The notes: generated by a model from the letters alone, not told the origin. A DNA stretch of 64,000 nt from an uncultured Dehalococcoidales bacterium (GCA_964396965.1 CAYNGD010000001.1:67596-131595), one strand, 5' to 3'. Shown: positions 36,596-44,690, counted from the first letter of the stretch. Made by a program: numbers and translations.

Positions 36596-39313
36596 CTAAT
36601 GAGTTCTTCTCCTTGTGGCCAGCCACAGGATAATCACACCGACTACGATTACGCCGGCCATTGTTCCCCAGATGATTGGCCAGTTGATGGTCGGTTTCAC
36701 CGGGGTTTCCGGCGGCGTGGTCGTTTCCGGCGGTTTCTCGGCAACGATGAAGGAAGCGCTGAGACCGCCGACCTCCACCGAGTAGGTGCCAGCCACATCC
36801 TTTAACGTGTTGAAGGTCTCCTCCTCACTGGCATCGGCGTCAAGCGATATATCCCTGGTCTCCTCCACCTCACCGTTTATCTTTAGTCTCAGCGTATAGC
36901 TACCGGCGGCATCGCCGTTGTTGGTAACCAGCACGCTGATTTTAACCGCCTCCCCGACATATACCTTGCCCGGAGAGACCGAGAGCTGGCCGGCGGTGAA
37001 AGCGGACTCCCCCGGCAGGGTGGTGAAGGTGTGCTCCTCGGACTCAGCCAGGTTGCCCGCAGCGTCGGCTGACCTGACCTGGAAGTAGTAGTTGCTGCCC
37101 GGCTTCAGCTCATCAAGGTGGATGTTATGCTGGGTGACCAGCGTGGTATCCAGGGGGGTAGTCACCGGCGGGCTGGCCCAGTACTTCACCTGGCTGTCAC
37201 TAGCCTCATTGGTGCTCCAGGCGATATCGGCACTGGTCTTGGTAACGCCGGACACCCCTACCCCGGAAATTATCGGGGGTGTGGTATCCGCTGGTGCCCC
37301 ACCACCACCGCCGCCTCCTCCGCCTCCCCCACCCCCACCACCGCCGGACGGCCGGGTGATAGTCACCGAATCGGCGACCCATACCGCCGCTATCGCCTGG
37401 GCCTGGGTGCTGGAAAGCGTGCCGTTGGTGAGGTTTATAACGCTGACATCACCCGCGGCGCCGATAACATGAAAGTCCAACGCCGACAGGTAGCCGGAGC
37501 CGGTGGCCCCGTCCAGGCCGGGCACATTCTGGACCACCCGGAATGTCCCGGCGGAAAGCTCGTTGTAGATGTCAACCGGTACTTCGATTGAGCCTATCTC
37601 ACCGGCGGTGACATCGTCCAGCCGCAGCACCGAGGCATCAAAGCTGACGTCGTACTGGCAGGCGTCAAAGTCGGTCACGTCGCTGATGCTGACATTGGCG
37701 GTGAAGTCGCTGCCGGCCTTCGGCCCATCCGGCGCGTCAACGCTGACCAAGACCGTTCCCGGCGGTATAGATTCGGTGGTAAAGCTCCAGGAATAGGCCG
37801 CGGCTAAATGATTGCCGGCGGCATCGGTGATGGTGGTGCTTAAACTGGCAGTGTAGGCGGTGTCATAGGCCAGGTTTGCCGCCGGGGTAAAGGTGGCGGT
37901 ATAGCTACCACTATTATAGGAAACACTACCTGATACAGGCGTGGAGCCAATCTTCAGGCTAAAGCTGCTGGTGGTGATGGTGGACTGGTCCAGCGCCTCG
38001 CTGAAGGTGGCCGTTATCACACTGTCCACGGCCACGTCGGTGGCATCAGACGCCGGTGAGGTGCTGATCACCGTGGGAGGTACTAAATCAGCAATCGCCA
38101 CCGTGCCTCCGCTCCATACCGCCTCTATAGCCTGGGCCTGGACGTCGGAGAGCACACCGTTGGACAGGTCTATTGAGCTGACATCGCCCTCGGTGCCGAT
38201 AACATGAAAGTGCAGCACCGCCAGGTAGCCGGAGCCGGTGACACCGGATAGGCCGGGAACGTTCTGGATTACCCGGAATGTCCCGGCGGAAAGCTCGTTG
38301 TAGATGTCAACCGGCACCGCGGTCGAGCCTATCAGCCCCGAACTAACGTTGTCCAGCCGCAGCACCGCCGCGTCAAAGCTGACATCGTACTGGCAGGCAT
38401 CAAAGTCAGTTATGCCGCTGATAGCGACATTGGCGGTAAAGTCGCTGTCGGCGGTGGCTTCAGCCGGTGCGTCAATGCTGACGGTAACCACCCCTGGCTC
38501 AGAACCGGTGGTAAAGCTCCAGGAATAGGCCGCGGCTAAATGATTGCCGGCGGCATCGGTGATGGTGGTGCTTAAACTGGCAGTGTAGGCGGTGTCATAG
38601 GCCAGGTTTGCCGCCGGGGTAAAGGTGGCGGTATAGCTACCACTATTATAGGAAACACTACCTGATACAGGCGTGGAGCCAATCTTCAGGCTAAAGCTGC
38701 TGGTGGTGATGGTGGACTGGTCCAGCGCCTCGCTGAAGGTTGCCGTTACCGTTGTATCTACCGCCACACCACTGGCTCCGCTGGCCGGTGAGGTGCTGGC
38801 CACGGTGGGTGCCGTTAAATCGGAAACGGTGACGCTATCGCCCGTCCAAGTGGCCGCTATCGGGCTGGCAGTAATATCACTGAGCACGCCGTTGGACAGG
38901 TCTATGGCGCTACTCTCACCCTCGGCGCCGAGAACATGGAAGTGCAGCACCGCCAGGTAGCCGGAGCCGGTGACACCGGATAGGCCGGGCACGTTCTGGA
39001 TTACCCGGTAGTTACCGGCGGAAAGCTCGGTGTAGAGGTCAACCGGCACCGCGGTCGAGCCTATCAACCCCGAACTAACGTTGTCCAGCCGAAGCACTGA
39101 GGCATCAAAACTGACGTCGTACTGGCAGGCGTCAAAATCGGTCACGTCGCTGATGCTGACATTGGCGGTAAAGTCGCTGTCGGCGGCGGCCTCAGCCGGT
39201 GCGTCAATGCTGACGGCGGCTTCTCCCTGCGCTAACACCGGGAACAGCGCCCCACCCCCCAGAAACAGAGCCACAATGGCTACTAAGCCCAGAATCTTCG
39301 CTATCCTTCCCAT
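36596..39313 (-). CDS. Membrane-anchored scaffoldin-like protein: 3 cohesin-like modules, 2 Ig-like modules, Gly16 linker, FN3, CARDB-like domain, TM anchor
   Basis: 905 aa. Signal peptide MGRIAKILGLVAIVALFLGGGALFPVLAQG, modules as listed separately, and a C-terminal PT linker plus TM helix (IIWGTMAGVIVVGVIILWLA) and RRRTH. Confidence 0.85.
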   Translation of the reverse strand: MGRIAKILGLVAIVALFLGGGALFPVLAQGEAAVSIDAPAEAAADSDFTANVSISDVTDFDACQYDVSFDASVLRLDNVSSGLIGSTAVPVDLYTELSAGNYRVIQNVPGLSGVTGSGYLAVLHFHVLGAEGESSAIDLSNGVLSDITASPIAATWTGDSVTVSDLTAPTVASTSPASGASGVAVDTTVTATFSEALDQSTITTSSFSLKIGSTPVSGSVSYNSGSYTATFTPAANLAYDTAYTASLSTTITDAAGNHLAAAYSWSFTTGSEPGVVTVSIDAPAEATADSDFTANVAISGITDFDACQYDVSFDAAVLRLDNVSSGLIGSTAVPVDIYNELSAGTFRVIQNVPGLSGVTGSGYLAVLHFHVIGTEGDVSSIDLSNGVLSDVQAQAIEAVWSGGTVAIADLVPPTVISTSPASDATDVAVDSVITATFSEALDQSTITTSSFSLKIGSTPVSGSVSYNSGSYTATFTPAANLAYDTAYTASLSTTITDAAGNHLAAAYSWSFTTESIPPGTVLVSVDAPDGPKAGSDFTANVSISDVTDFDACQYDVSFDASVLRLDDVTAGEIGSIEVPVDIYNELSAGTFRVVQNVPGLDGATGSGYLSALDFHVIGAAGDVSVINLTNGTLSSTQAQAIAAVWVADSVTITRPSGGGGGGGGGGGGGGGGAPADTTPPIISGVGVSGVTKTSADIAWSTNEASDSQVKYWASPPVTTPLDTTLVTQHNIHLDELKPGSNYYFQVRSADAAGNLAESEEHTFTTLPGESAFTAGQLSVSPGKVYVGEAVKISVLVTNNGDAAGSYTLRLKINGEVEETRDISLDADASEEETFNTLKDVAGTYSVEVGGLSASFIVAEKPPETTTPPETPVKPTINWPIIWGTMAGVIVVGVIILWLATRRRTH
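37298..37345 (-). other. Poly-glycine (16 x Gly) linker
   Basis: Sixteen consecutive GGN codons using mixed synonymous codons, flanked by RPS and APADTTPP. Confidence 0.95.
37358..37753 (-). other. Cohesin-like module 3 (aa 521-652), the most diverged
   Basis: VLVSVDAPDGPKAGSDFTANVSISDVTDFDACQYDVSFDASVLRLDDVTAGEIGSIEVPVD... Confidence 0.65.
37775..38011 (-). repeat. Coding repeat unit (Ig-like module), identical copy 1
   Basis: About 237 nt that read identical by eye to 38507-38743, at an offset of 732 nt (244 codons). Confidence 0.85.
38093..38488 (-). other. Cohesin-like module 2 (aa 276-407)
   Basis: Same pattern as module 1 (VTVSIDAPAEATADSDFTANVAISGITDFDACQYDVSFDAAVLRLDNV...). Confidence 0.65.
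38507..38743 (-). repeat. Coding repeat unit (Ig-like module), identical copy 2
   Basis: See 37775-38011. A third, diverged copy lies in the next gene at about 39948-40195. Confidence 0.85.
38822..39217 (-). other. Cohesin-like module 1 (aa 33-164)
   Basis: VSIDAPAEAAADSDFTANVSISDVTDFDACQYDVSFDASVLRLDNVSSGLIGSTAVPVD...GYLAVLHFHVLGAEGESSAIDLSNGVLSD. Confidence 0.65.
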
Positions 39314-39446
39314 TGCTTCCTCCTTACATCACCCTTCCACCCCCTCTTTTAGAGGGGGGAACCAGGTTCTAACATAGAATGTCACTCCTCCAGGCCCCGG
39401 TCAGGGGTCTTACCTCCTTATTCGTTTATCCTGACTAAAGCTCCTC

Positions 39447-40949
39447 TTAATCCAGGCCGGCAATAATCCTCTCCACCTTGGTAATATCCAGGGCGTTGAC
39501 CAAGCCGTCTTGGTTGGCATCAGCCCCGCCTGTTTCCGCATCCAGCCCGGCGATAATCCTCTCCACCTTGGTAATGTCCAGGGCGTTGACCTCGCCGTCC
39601 TCGTTGGCATCCCCCGGAATCACTGTAGATGACACCGTGAAGGTATCAGTGGCGTAGTTTGCCTCAGCCGTGGTGTTATGAGCAGTATCAGTGGCCCGGA
39701 CATATACCGTGTGCTCCGCATAGGAAAGCTCAGCGGTGGTAAAGGTATAGCCCTCGCTAAGGCTGTCAAAAGCACCATCACTGGCAGCAGCCACAATCCA
39801 GCTGCCATCATCAACCTTGTACTCCACCCCGGCAATATTGCTTTGGCTATCGGTAGCCGTCCCGGTGAAGGTCGGCGTAGTATCAGAGGTGGTGCCAATG
39901 CCGTTTATCGTGACCGAGGGTGGTGTAGTATCCGGTCCGGTGCCGGTGGTAAAGCTCCAGCTGGAGGCTGATGCCAGGGCGTTGCCGGCGGCATCGGTGA
40001 TGGCGGTGCTTAAGCTGGCGGTATAGGTGGTGCTCGAAGCCAGGGTGGCACTCGGGGTAAAGGTGGCAGTATAGCTACCACTATTATAGGAAACACTACC
40101 TGATACCGGCGTGGAGCCGGTCTCCAGACTAAAGCTGCCGGTGGTAATGGTCGAGGCATCCATCGCCTCGCTGAAGGTGGCCGTTACCGCTGTGGTTATT
40201 GGTACATTGGTCTGCCCGGAAGTCGGGTATCGGCTGGCCACGGTGGGCGCGGTGGTATCAACGGTAAAGCTGTCACTGGCGTATTGATCCTCGGTGTTGG
40301 TGTTACCCTGGGAATCGGTCGAACGGACATATACCGTATAACCTCCGTCAGCCAGCGCCGGTATGGTGAAGGTGTATTCCTCGCTGGGACTGTCGAAGGC
40401 ACCGTCAACGGCAGTAGCCGCCGTCCAGACCCTCCAGCTCCCGGCACCAACCTGGTACTCCACCGAGGTGATGTTGCTCAGGGCATCGGTAGCAGTACCG
40501 GTAAAGGTTGGGGTGTTGTCGTTGGTGGGGTCGGGGCTGAGCGGGATTATATCCACCACTGGCGGGGTAATATCAGTAGTAATCGCCAGGTTATGCTCGG
40601 TTACCGCCCCCGGGCTGAAGGTGTAGTCATATGACCGGCCGGTGTCGTACCCATTGATAAAAAAGGATATGGTAGCCCCGGTCTCAATCTCACCGGTGAC
40701 GGTAAGCTTGGGGTCAAAGGCACCCGAGCCGCCGTACTGGCCGGCCACAGTAGTAGTGATGCTGCCGCACTGCACGTCATTTACCTTAGCCGTGACCACC
40801 GTCCCTACCGGGGCCGGAGAACTACCTATCGTCAGTGTCCCATAGAAGGCGTGGGGTAGAGTCGGTATATCGGCATAGGCAGGGATGGCACAGAGGAATA
40901 GCGCCGCTACTATCAAAGGGCAGAGGAGCCATTTTCTCATCTTTTTCAT
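39447..40949 (-). CDS. Secreted dockerin-bearing protein with Ig-like modules
   Basis: I trimmed the track ORF to the ATG at 40949 (GGGAGGG upstream; MKKMRKWLLCPLIVAALFLCAIPAYA). N-terminal PHAFYGTLTIGSSPAPVGTVV domain, two TPTFTGTATD Ig-like modules, one SbsA-type Ig module, and a C-terminal dockerin. Confidence 0.85.
   Translation of the reverse strand: MKKMRKWLLCPLIVAALFLCAIPAYADIPTLPHAFYGTLTIGSSPAPVGTVVTAKVNDVQCGSITTTVAGQYGGSGAFDPKLTVTGEIETGATISFFINGYDTGRSYDYTFSPGAVTEHNLAITTDITPPVVDIIPLSPDPTNDNTPTFTGTATDALSNITSVEYQVGAGSWRVWTAATAVDGAFDSPSEEYTFTIPALADGGYTVYVRSTDSQGNTNTEDQYASDSFTVDTTAPTVASRYPTSGQTNVPITTAVTATFSEAMDASTITTGSFSLETGSTPVSGSVSYNSGSYTATFTPSATLASSTTYTASLSTAITDAAGNALASASSWSFTTGTGPDTTPPSVTINGIGTTSDTTPTFTGTATDSQSNIAGVEYKVDDGSWIVAAASDGAFDSLSEGYTFTTAELSYAEHTVYVRATDTAHNTTAEANYATDTFTVSSTVIPGDANEDGEVNALDITKVERIIAGLDAETGGADANQDGLVNALDITKVERIIAGLD
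39450..39614 (-). other. Dockerin (two Ca-binding repeats)
   Basis: GDANEDGEVNALDITKVERIIAGLDAETGGADANQDGLVNALDITKVERIIAGLD. Confidence 0.8.
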
Positions 40950-41002
40950 ATTTCCCTCCCCAGTTTCTTTCTTGTTTCCATCCCCAATGTTTACTAAAGT
41001 TA

Positions 41003-41038
41003 TGGGGGAGGGGGAGTTGGGGGTCCCCCTCCCCCATC
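41003..41038 (-). other. 14-bp-stem G/C hairpin between the beta-helix gene and the dockerin gene
   Basis: ATGGGGGAGGGGGA-GTTGGGGG-TCCCCCTCCCCCAT. The arms are perfectly complementary and there is no U-tract, so it may be an intra-operon processing or pausing element. Confidence 0.5.
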
Positions 41039-41077
41039 CTAAGTCAGCCAACCATGTTCACCATCAGTAAGGCTGTT

Positions 41078-44000
41078 CTAGTCAAGGTCGGGCACTATCG
41101 GCGTGATTTCAAATCCCGCCAGGGTAGCCGCATTCGACATGTAGACCCAGTAGCCAAGACCGGCGTACATGGTGTTAGTACCAGAACCGGTAGTCTCATC
41201 GACGGAGTATGTCCAGCTCGTTCCGGTGTTGCCGTACATATCTGTCTGAGCGGCATTACCCGATGGGCTAACCACCAGGGAGTAACCGGGCAGGTTGTCC
41301 GCTGTCCGGTAAACCGAAGCTACTACCTGCTTGTCATACTTGCCATCGGAGTCAAGGGCAGCCATACTAATCAGGTTCCACCCCGCATTAAGGTCTTTGC
41401 TCGGGGTAGTGAAGGCAGCGGCGTCAAACTTGAGCTGTACGTAGGTGGCCGTGCTCATCTTGACGTAGACGGCATCGCACGGGCTGAGTACGTAGCCGGT
41501 GGTTATCTGCTGCCAGCCGTTATTGTAGTAGTAGCCGATGGTCATGCCGGAAGGAATCAGCTCATCAATGGCATCGGCGGAGGAGATGAGCTTAACCGGT
41601 GTGGACAGGGTATTCCAGCCCGCAACCAGGTACATCGTGCTCGTTTGGTAGGAGGCATCGTCAGCTACCACGTCTGCCAGCGGCTTGTGCAGCCACGGGT
41701 AGTAGAAGACCCGGTCGGTGATGGTATCACCGGTGCCGTTGGGGTTGGACTTGGTAACGGTGGCACCAGTCAGAGCGGTGTAGTTGGGACCAGAGGCATC
41801 GCCGTAGTAGTTGTACCAGCAGTTAATCTCGGTAACGGCGATAGTGTCGGTTGAATCTACCTTAATGGCATAACCAGCGTTGTCGTAGATGTCATTGTAC
41901 TGGATATAGTGGCAGCCGGTATCCGGCTGACGCTCGATGCGAACCGCATAGCTGGTGCTGGTGCCGGCGCACCCGGTGATGGTGTTCTTCTTGATGGTTA
42001 TCGGGCCGTCGTGGGCCCCCTCAACCTTTATGGCGTAGCTGTAAGCGCCGGTGATAGTGTTACCGATTATGCTCAGCCCGGTACTGCTTATGTAGTCAGC
42101 GATGTCAATAGCACTGTAGCCATTGGTTATGGTGTTGTTGGTGATTTTACCAGTGGCGTCGTTGGTGCTATTGCCGCCAAAGGTGATACCGTACTGGCCA
42201 CAGTTGGTCAGCGTGTTGCCGTCTATGGTCACCCCGCTTATAGCCGAGGTACCACCGAACGCCTGACCGTCAATAATGATGCAGCCAGACTTGGCCCCAC
42301 TGCCCATATCGGGCCAGGTGGTGACACAGCTATTGAAGGTGTTGTTGCTGATGGTGGCCGAGGTTATGGTATCACTGTTGGTGAACCAGACCACACCCTC
42401 CTGAGCTGAACTGTCATCCGGCTCTATGTTATTGAAGACGCAGTTCTGCACGGTGACGTAGTCGTTACCGGCGTTGCGAATAGCCATGTCAATGTCAACC
42501 GTTACCCTCAGCCGCTGGAAGGTAAGGTTCTCAATGACTATCGGGTTGGCGGCACTGCCGTCGGTGCCCACCTCCAGCGCCTTGTCAATCTCGGCGGTGT
42601 TCCTTATGGTGGTGGACGAGGCGCCGTTGACCGAGGTCAAGGTTATCTTCTCGTTCACATTGATGTAGCTATCGCTATCCACCTCATAGATGCCATCACC
42701 CAGCTTCACCGTATCGCCAGCTATCGCCGCATCTATGGCGCTGTTGATATAGTCGGCGCCATATTTTTGGGTAGTAATGGTGGTACTACCAGCAACTTCG
42801 GCCACAGGTGAGGTAGATGTGGCAGCATAGGTATTTACCAGATTACCACTGGCATCATACAGCGAGACCGCCGGGGCCACCGTAATCGTCCAGGTGGCCG
42901 AGGTATAGCCGGTTGCCGAGAAGGTCAGGGTGTAAGTCCCGGCGGCGGTATCCTTGTAAAACACCTGCTGAGCAGCGGTAGCCGGACTTGCTGTGCTCAC
43001 GGTGATACTGGTTATCGTGGTATAAGCGCCTGAGCCAGGAGTGGCACTGGCATTCTTATAGAACGTACCAGAAGCTGAAGATGAACTTGGGGTCACCGTC
43101 ACCGAACTGGCCGAAGCCTTGGCATTGCCATACTCGTCGCCCAGGGTTATGTAGAGGTAGCTGCTGAGCATGTTAATCATAGTAGCGTCATCGGAATAGT
43201 AGGTGCTCGATAACCCAACCTCACCGTTGCAGACCATCAGCTGGGTAGCCGAGCCCGCCGAGATGGTGTGGGCGGAATCAGCCTTGACCCACTTGCCGTC
43301 CTGGCTGGTGCGCAACATACAGTAGTAGTCATCAGTAGACGCTCTCGTCGGATTGGTGATGCCGGCAGCGGAGAGTACCTTCACGTACAGGGTCTCGCTG
43401 GCCGCAGTGATAGTCTCCGAGGTGGTGGCAGTTATCGTCCTCTTGTCGGTATTAACCACGGGTGCCGAGCTGGAGGCGGTATAGGTGCTGCCATCATCGC
43501 TAAACTGGACGTTGCTGGCGGATATGGAGCCGGGAAGAGTTGTTCCCACCGGGAACATGATGGTTACCGTGTCCGTATCCGCGGTAAGGTTGGTGGCGCA
43601 GGTTGCACTTAAGCTGTACTGTGCAGCCGCTCCAGCCGTAGCCGGGCTGACAGTGGTGGAAAGTGACGAGCAGGTGCTGTCGCCCAGGGCAAAGGCACTG
43701 GACAGTACCGGGGTGGTATCCTTGGTGGTGGACACAGATACCTTGTAGGTGGAACCCTCGGTGCTGGCTGAGGTAATGTTGGTGGAAGTAATTCTCAGCC
43801 AGACATCAGTGCCGGCAGCATAGTCAAAGGGCACCAGCACCTTAACCCGGTAGCCACCGACGATGGCATTAGACGTACTTCTATACCAGTTGGCGCTAGT
43901 CACCAGGGAAGTCCCGTAGTCGGTGCTGAACTCAAGGTCAGCCGCCGCTACCGAACTGCCTACGGTAAAGGCATATGCCGAACCAGCACCCCCCATGGCT

Positions 44001-44251
44001 GCCGTACCATCAGGGAAGGTCACCGTAACGTAGTCCACCCCCCGCTCCAGGGCAGTGGTAGGCGTAAAGTGTATATAGTACTCACCGGCTGTGCTGCTGG
44101 TGGCATTTTTAGCCGAGGTAAAAGGAAACTCCACCCAGACATTGGTCACCGCGGTGGCGGCCTGGGCTACCGGCGCCAGTACCAGCACTAGGGTAGCTAC
44201 CAGGAACAGGGCCAGCCCGATACGCCCCAAAAGCTTAAACTTTCCTTTCAT
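41078..44251 (-). CDS. Large secreted right-handed beta-helix protein (putative S-layer or wall protein), paralog 2
   Basis: 1057 aa. Signal peptide MKGKFKLLGRIGLALFLVATLVLVLAPVAQA. PbH1-type repeats (ISNNTFNSC, IDGNTLTNCGQYGITFGG, ITNNTITNGYSAIDI, IIGNTITGAYSYAIKVEG). GGAGGAG RBS 12 nt upstream. Confidence 0.85.
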   Translation of the reverse strand: MKGKFKLLGRIGLALFLVATLVLVLAPVAQAATAVTNVWVEFPFTSAKNATSSTAGEYYIHFTPTTALERGVDYVTVTFPDGTAAMGGAGSAYAFTVGSSVAAADLEFSTDYGTSLVTSANWYRSTSNAIVGGYRVKVLVPFDYAAGTDVWLRITSTNITSASTEGSTYKVSVSTTKDTTPVLSSAFALGDSTCSSLSTTVSPATAGAAAQYSLSATCATNLTADTDTVTIMFPVGTTLPGSISASNVQFSDDGSTYTASSSAPVVNTDKRTITATTSETITAASETLYVKVLSAAGITNPTRASTDDYYCMLRTSQDGKWVKADSAHTISAGSATQLMVCNGEVGLSSTYYSDDATMINMLSSYLYITLGDEYGNAKASASSVTVTPSSSSASGTFYKNASATPGSGAYTTITSITVSTASPATAAQQVFYKDTAAGTYTLTFSATGYTSATWTITVAPAVSLYDASGNLVNTYAATSTSPVAEVAGSTTITTQKYGADYINSAIDAAIAGDTVKLGDGIYEVDSDSYINVNEKITLTSVNGASSTTIRNTAEIDKALEVGTDGSAANPIVIENLTFQRLRVTVDIDMAIRNAGNDYVTVQNCVFNNIEPDDSSAQEGVVWFTNSDTITSATISNNTFNSCVTTWPDMGSGAKSGCIIIDGQAFGGTSAISGVTIDGNTLTNCGQYGITFGGNSTNDATGKITNNTITNGYSAIDIADYISSTGLSIIGNTITGAYSYAIKVEGAHDGPITIKKNTITGCAGTSTSYAVRIERQPDTGCHYIQYNDIYDNAGYAIKVDSTDTIAVTEINCWYNYYGDASGPNYTALTGATVTKSNPNGTGDTITDRVFYYPWLHKPLADVVADDASYQTSTMYLVAGWNTLSTPVKLISSADAIDELIPSGMTIGYYYNNGWQQITTGYVLSPCDAVYVKMSTATYVQLKFDAAAFTTPSKDLNAGWNLISMAALDSDGKYDKQVVASVYRTADNLPGYSLVVSPSGNAAQTDMYGNTGTSWTYSVDETTGSGTNTMYAGLGYWVYMSNAATLAGFEITPIVPDLD

Positions 44252-44328
44252 GTTTCTATCGATCTCCTCCTCTAAATTGATTTGGTTTCGGTGATTATCA
44301 TTAGTTTGGTCAAAACCTTTCCACTAAG

Positions 44329-44393
44329 CATCACCTCCTTCAATCTGGCGTTATTCTCTCCTTCTCCTTTCAATCAATAAACATCACCTCCTT
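44329..44393 (-). promoter_or_regulatory. Two extended Shine-Dalgarno-like boxes (AAGGAGGTGATG) in the 5' UTR of the beta-helix gene
   Basis: The plus strand reads CATCACCTCCTT at 44329-44340 and 44382-44393. Eleven nt are identical to the conserved 16S rRNA 3' tail, so the mRNA strand is complementary to it. A third AAGGAG-rich stretch lies at 44357-44371. Confidence 0.55.
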
Positions 44394-44410
44394 TAAGTAA
44401 AAGCTGGTAT

Positions 44411-44578
44411 TTATTTCTCCCCCGCCGCTTCTTTTTTCTTCCAGCACATAACCAGGTCCCGGATTAGACCCTCGTAACTCTGTCCGGTATGCTTTATAGA
44501 GTCCAGAAAATCTTTGGTTTCCTTTGAAATACTCACTGTCACCCGCTTTTTGCTTTTAGCTTTCACTTTCACGACCAT
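44411..44578 (-). CDS. Small ribbon-helix-helix-like (CopG/Arc-type) protein, 55 aa
   Basis: Not in the ORF track (under 60 aa). ATG at 44578 with GGGAG upstream, encoding MVVKVKAKSKKRVTVSISKETKDFLDSIKHTGQSYEGLIRDLVMCWKKKEAAGEK. The pattern is a beta strand followed by two helices. Confidence 0.5.
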   Translation of the reverse strand: MVVKVKAKSKKRVTVSISKETKDFLDSIKHTGQSYEGLIRDLVMCWKKKEAAGEK

Positions 44579-44690
44579 AACTCCCGAATCAGATTAGCTA
44601 TTGGCGACTATCAGCTATATCGTGACCTTTGGGCACTAATTTGCCAGTTAACTAACTCCGAACTGGACTACAAGTCTATTTACCTATGTA

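Noticed and set aside
37092-37472. Plus-strand ORF encoding a poly-proline (P16) protein.
   Set aside because: It is the antisense reading of the Gly16 tract of the 905-aa scaffoldin-like gene and has no independent support.
36596-40949. The periodic repeats in the scaffoldin region considered as a CRISPR array or a DGR template/variable-repeat pair.
   Set aside because: The period is 732 nt and in frame within a continuous ORF, so these are protein-module duplications. There are no short spacer/repeat units and no cas or reverse-transcriptase gene in the window. Differences between copies are not adenine-specific.
40835-41854. 339-aa plus-strand ORF, with many similar 60-250-aa ORFs antisense to the surface-protein, pst, ilv/leu, rtcB and dnaE2 genes (for example 46913-47650, 4180-4737, 8682-9254, 11202-11756).
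   Set aside because: All of them overlap strongly supported genes on the other strand. They have Arg/Gly/Pro/Ala-biased compositions with no motifs and no RBS, so I treat them as high-GC frame artefacts.
44329-44393. The AAGGAGGTGATG boxes read as real starts of micro-ORFs (MFID-stop and a 19-aa peptide), or CATCACCTCCTT read as the end of a 16S rRNA gene.
   Set aside because: The ATG is only 1 nt from the SD core, which is too close for initiation. Only 11-12 nt match 16S and no rRNA sequence flanks them.
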